A stretch of 24,490 nt of DNA from a bacterium (GTDB lineage: Bacteria > SZUA-182 > DTGQ01 > JAFGSM01). The notes under the pieces are model-generated. The model had not been told where the DNA came from. It searched no databases and saw only the letters and a program-made list of their open reading frames with translations. The position numbers and the translations under genes were made by a program. The stretch spans positions 1 through 24,490 of the forward strand of contig JBLIRO010000073.1 in assembly GCA_049472335.1 (NCBI GenBank), in the 5' to 3' direction. This document shows positions 24,402 to 24,490 of the stretch, piece by piece; position 1 is the stretch's first letter; every line of letters begins with the position of its first letter.

Positions 24402-24490
24402 CAAAGAATTCTACTATTTTATTATTTTAGTTTATATGGTTTTGAATAATAAAAATGTAATATTCACTCATTATTTAAATGACAATGAAC

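Overview
Bacterial chromosomal window with two parts; the gene content suggests an anaerobic, deltaproteobacterium-like or candidate lineage (inference only). Part 1 (220-8688, + strand) is a housekeeping/metabolic run. It starts with a stand-alone rplC that has its own sigma70 promoter. Next come an ADP-forming acyl-CoA ligase, a DRTGG/Pta-N protein, a PfkB kinase, a PurN-like formyltransferase, a COG4030-like HAD protein and a DUF1015 protein. Part 2 (8899-19470, - strand) is an AT-richer accessory locus. A NikM/CbiM-type metal-binding membrane protein, with no CbiQ/CbiO partners in the window, is translationally coupled to a HAMP-PAS-PAS histidine kinase and a sigma54 activator. Downstream lie two sigma54 promoters that share a 22-bp upstream motif, four secreted low-complexity proteins (two paralogous and carrying GCxC) and a lone receiver. 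The best candidate for a new system is a putative Ni/Co-sensing two-component/sigma54 circuit controlling secreted Cys-motif proteins. A covarying structured element occurs twice, each time upstream of a secreted-protein gene. The window ends with hsp20, a probably leaderless GH57 gene and a Lys/Arg/His-free Pro-rich secreted protein. No rRNA, tRNA or CRISPR array was seen. All calls are by eye; no database searches were run.
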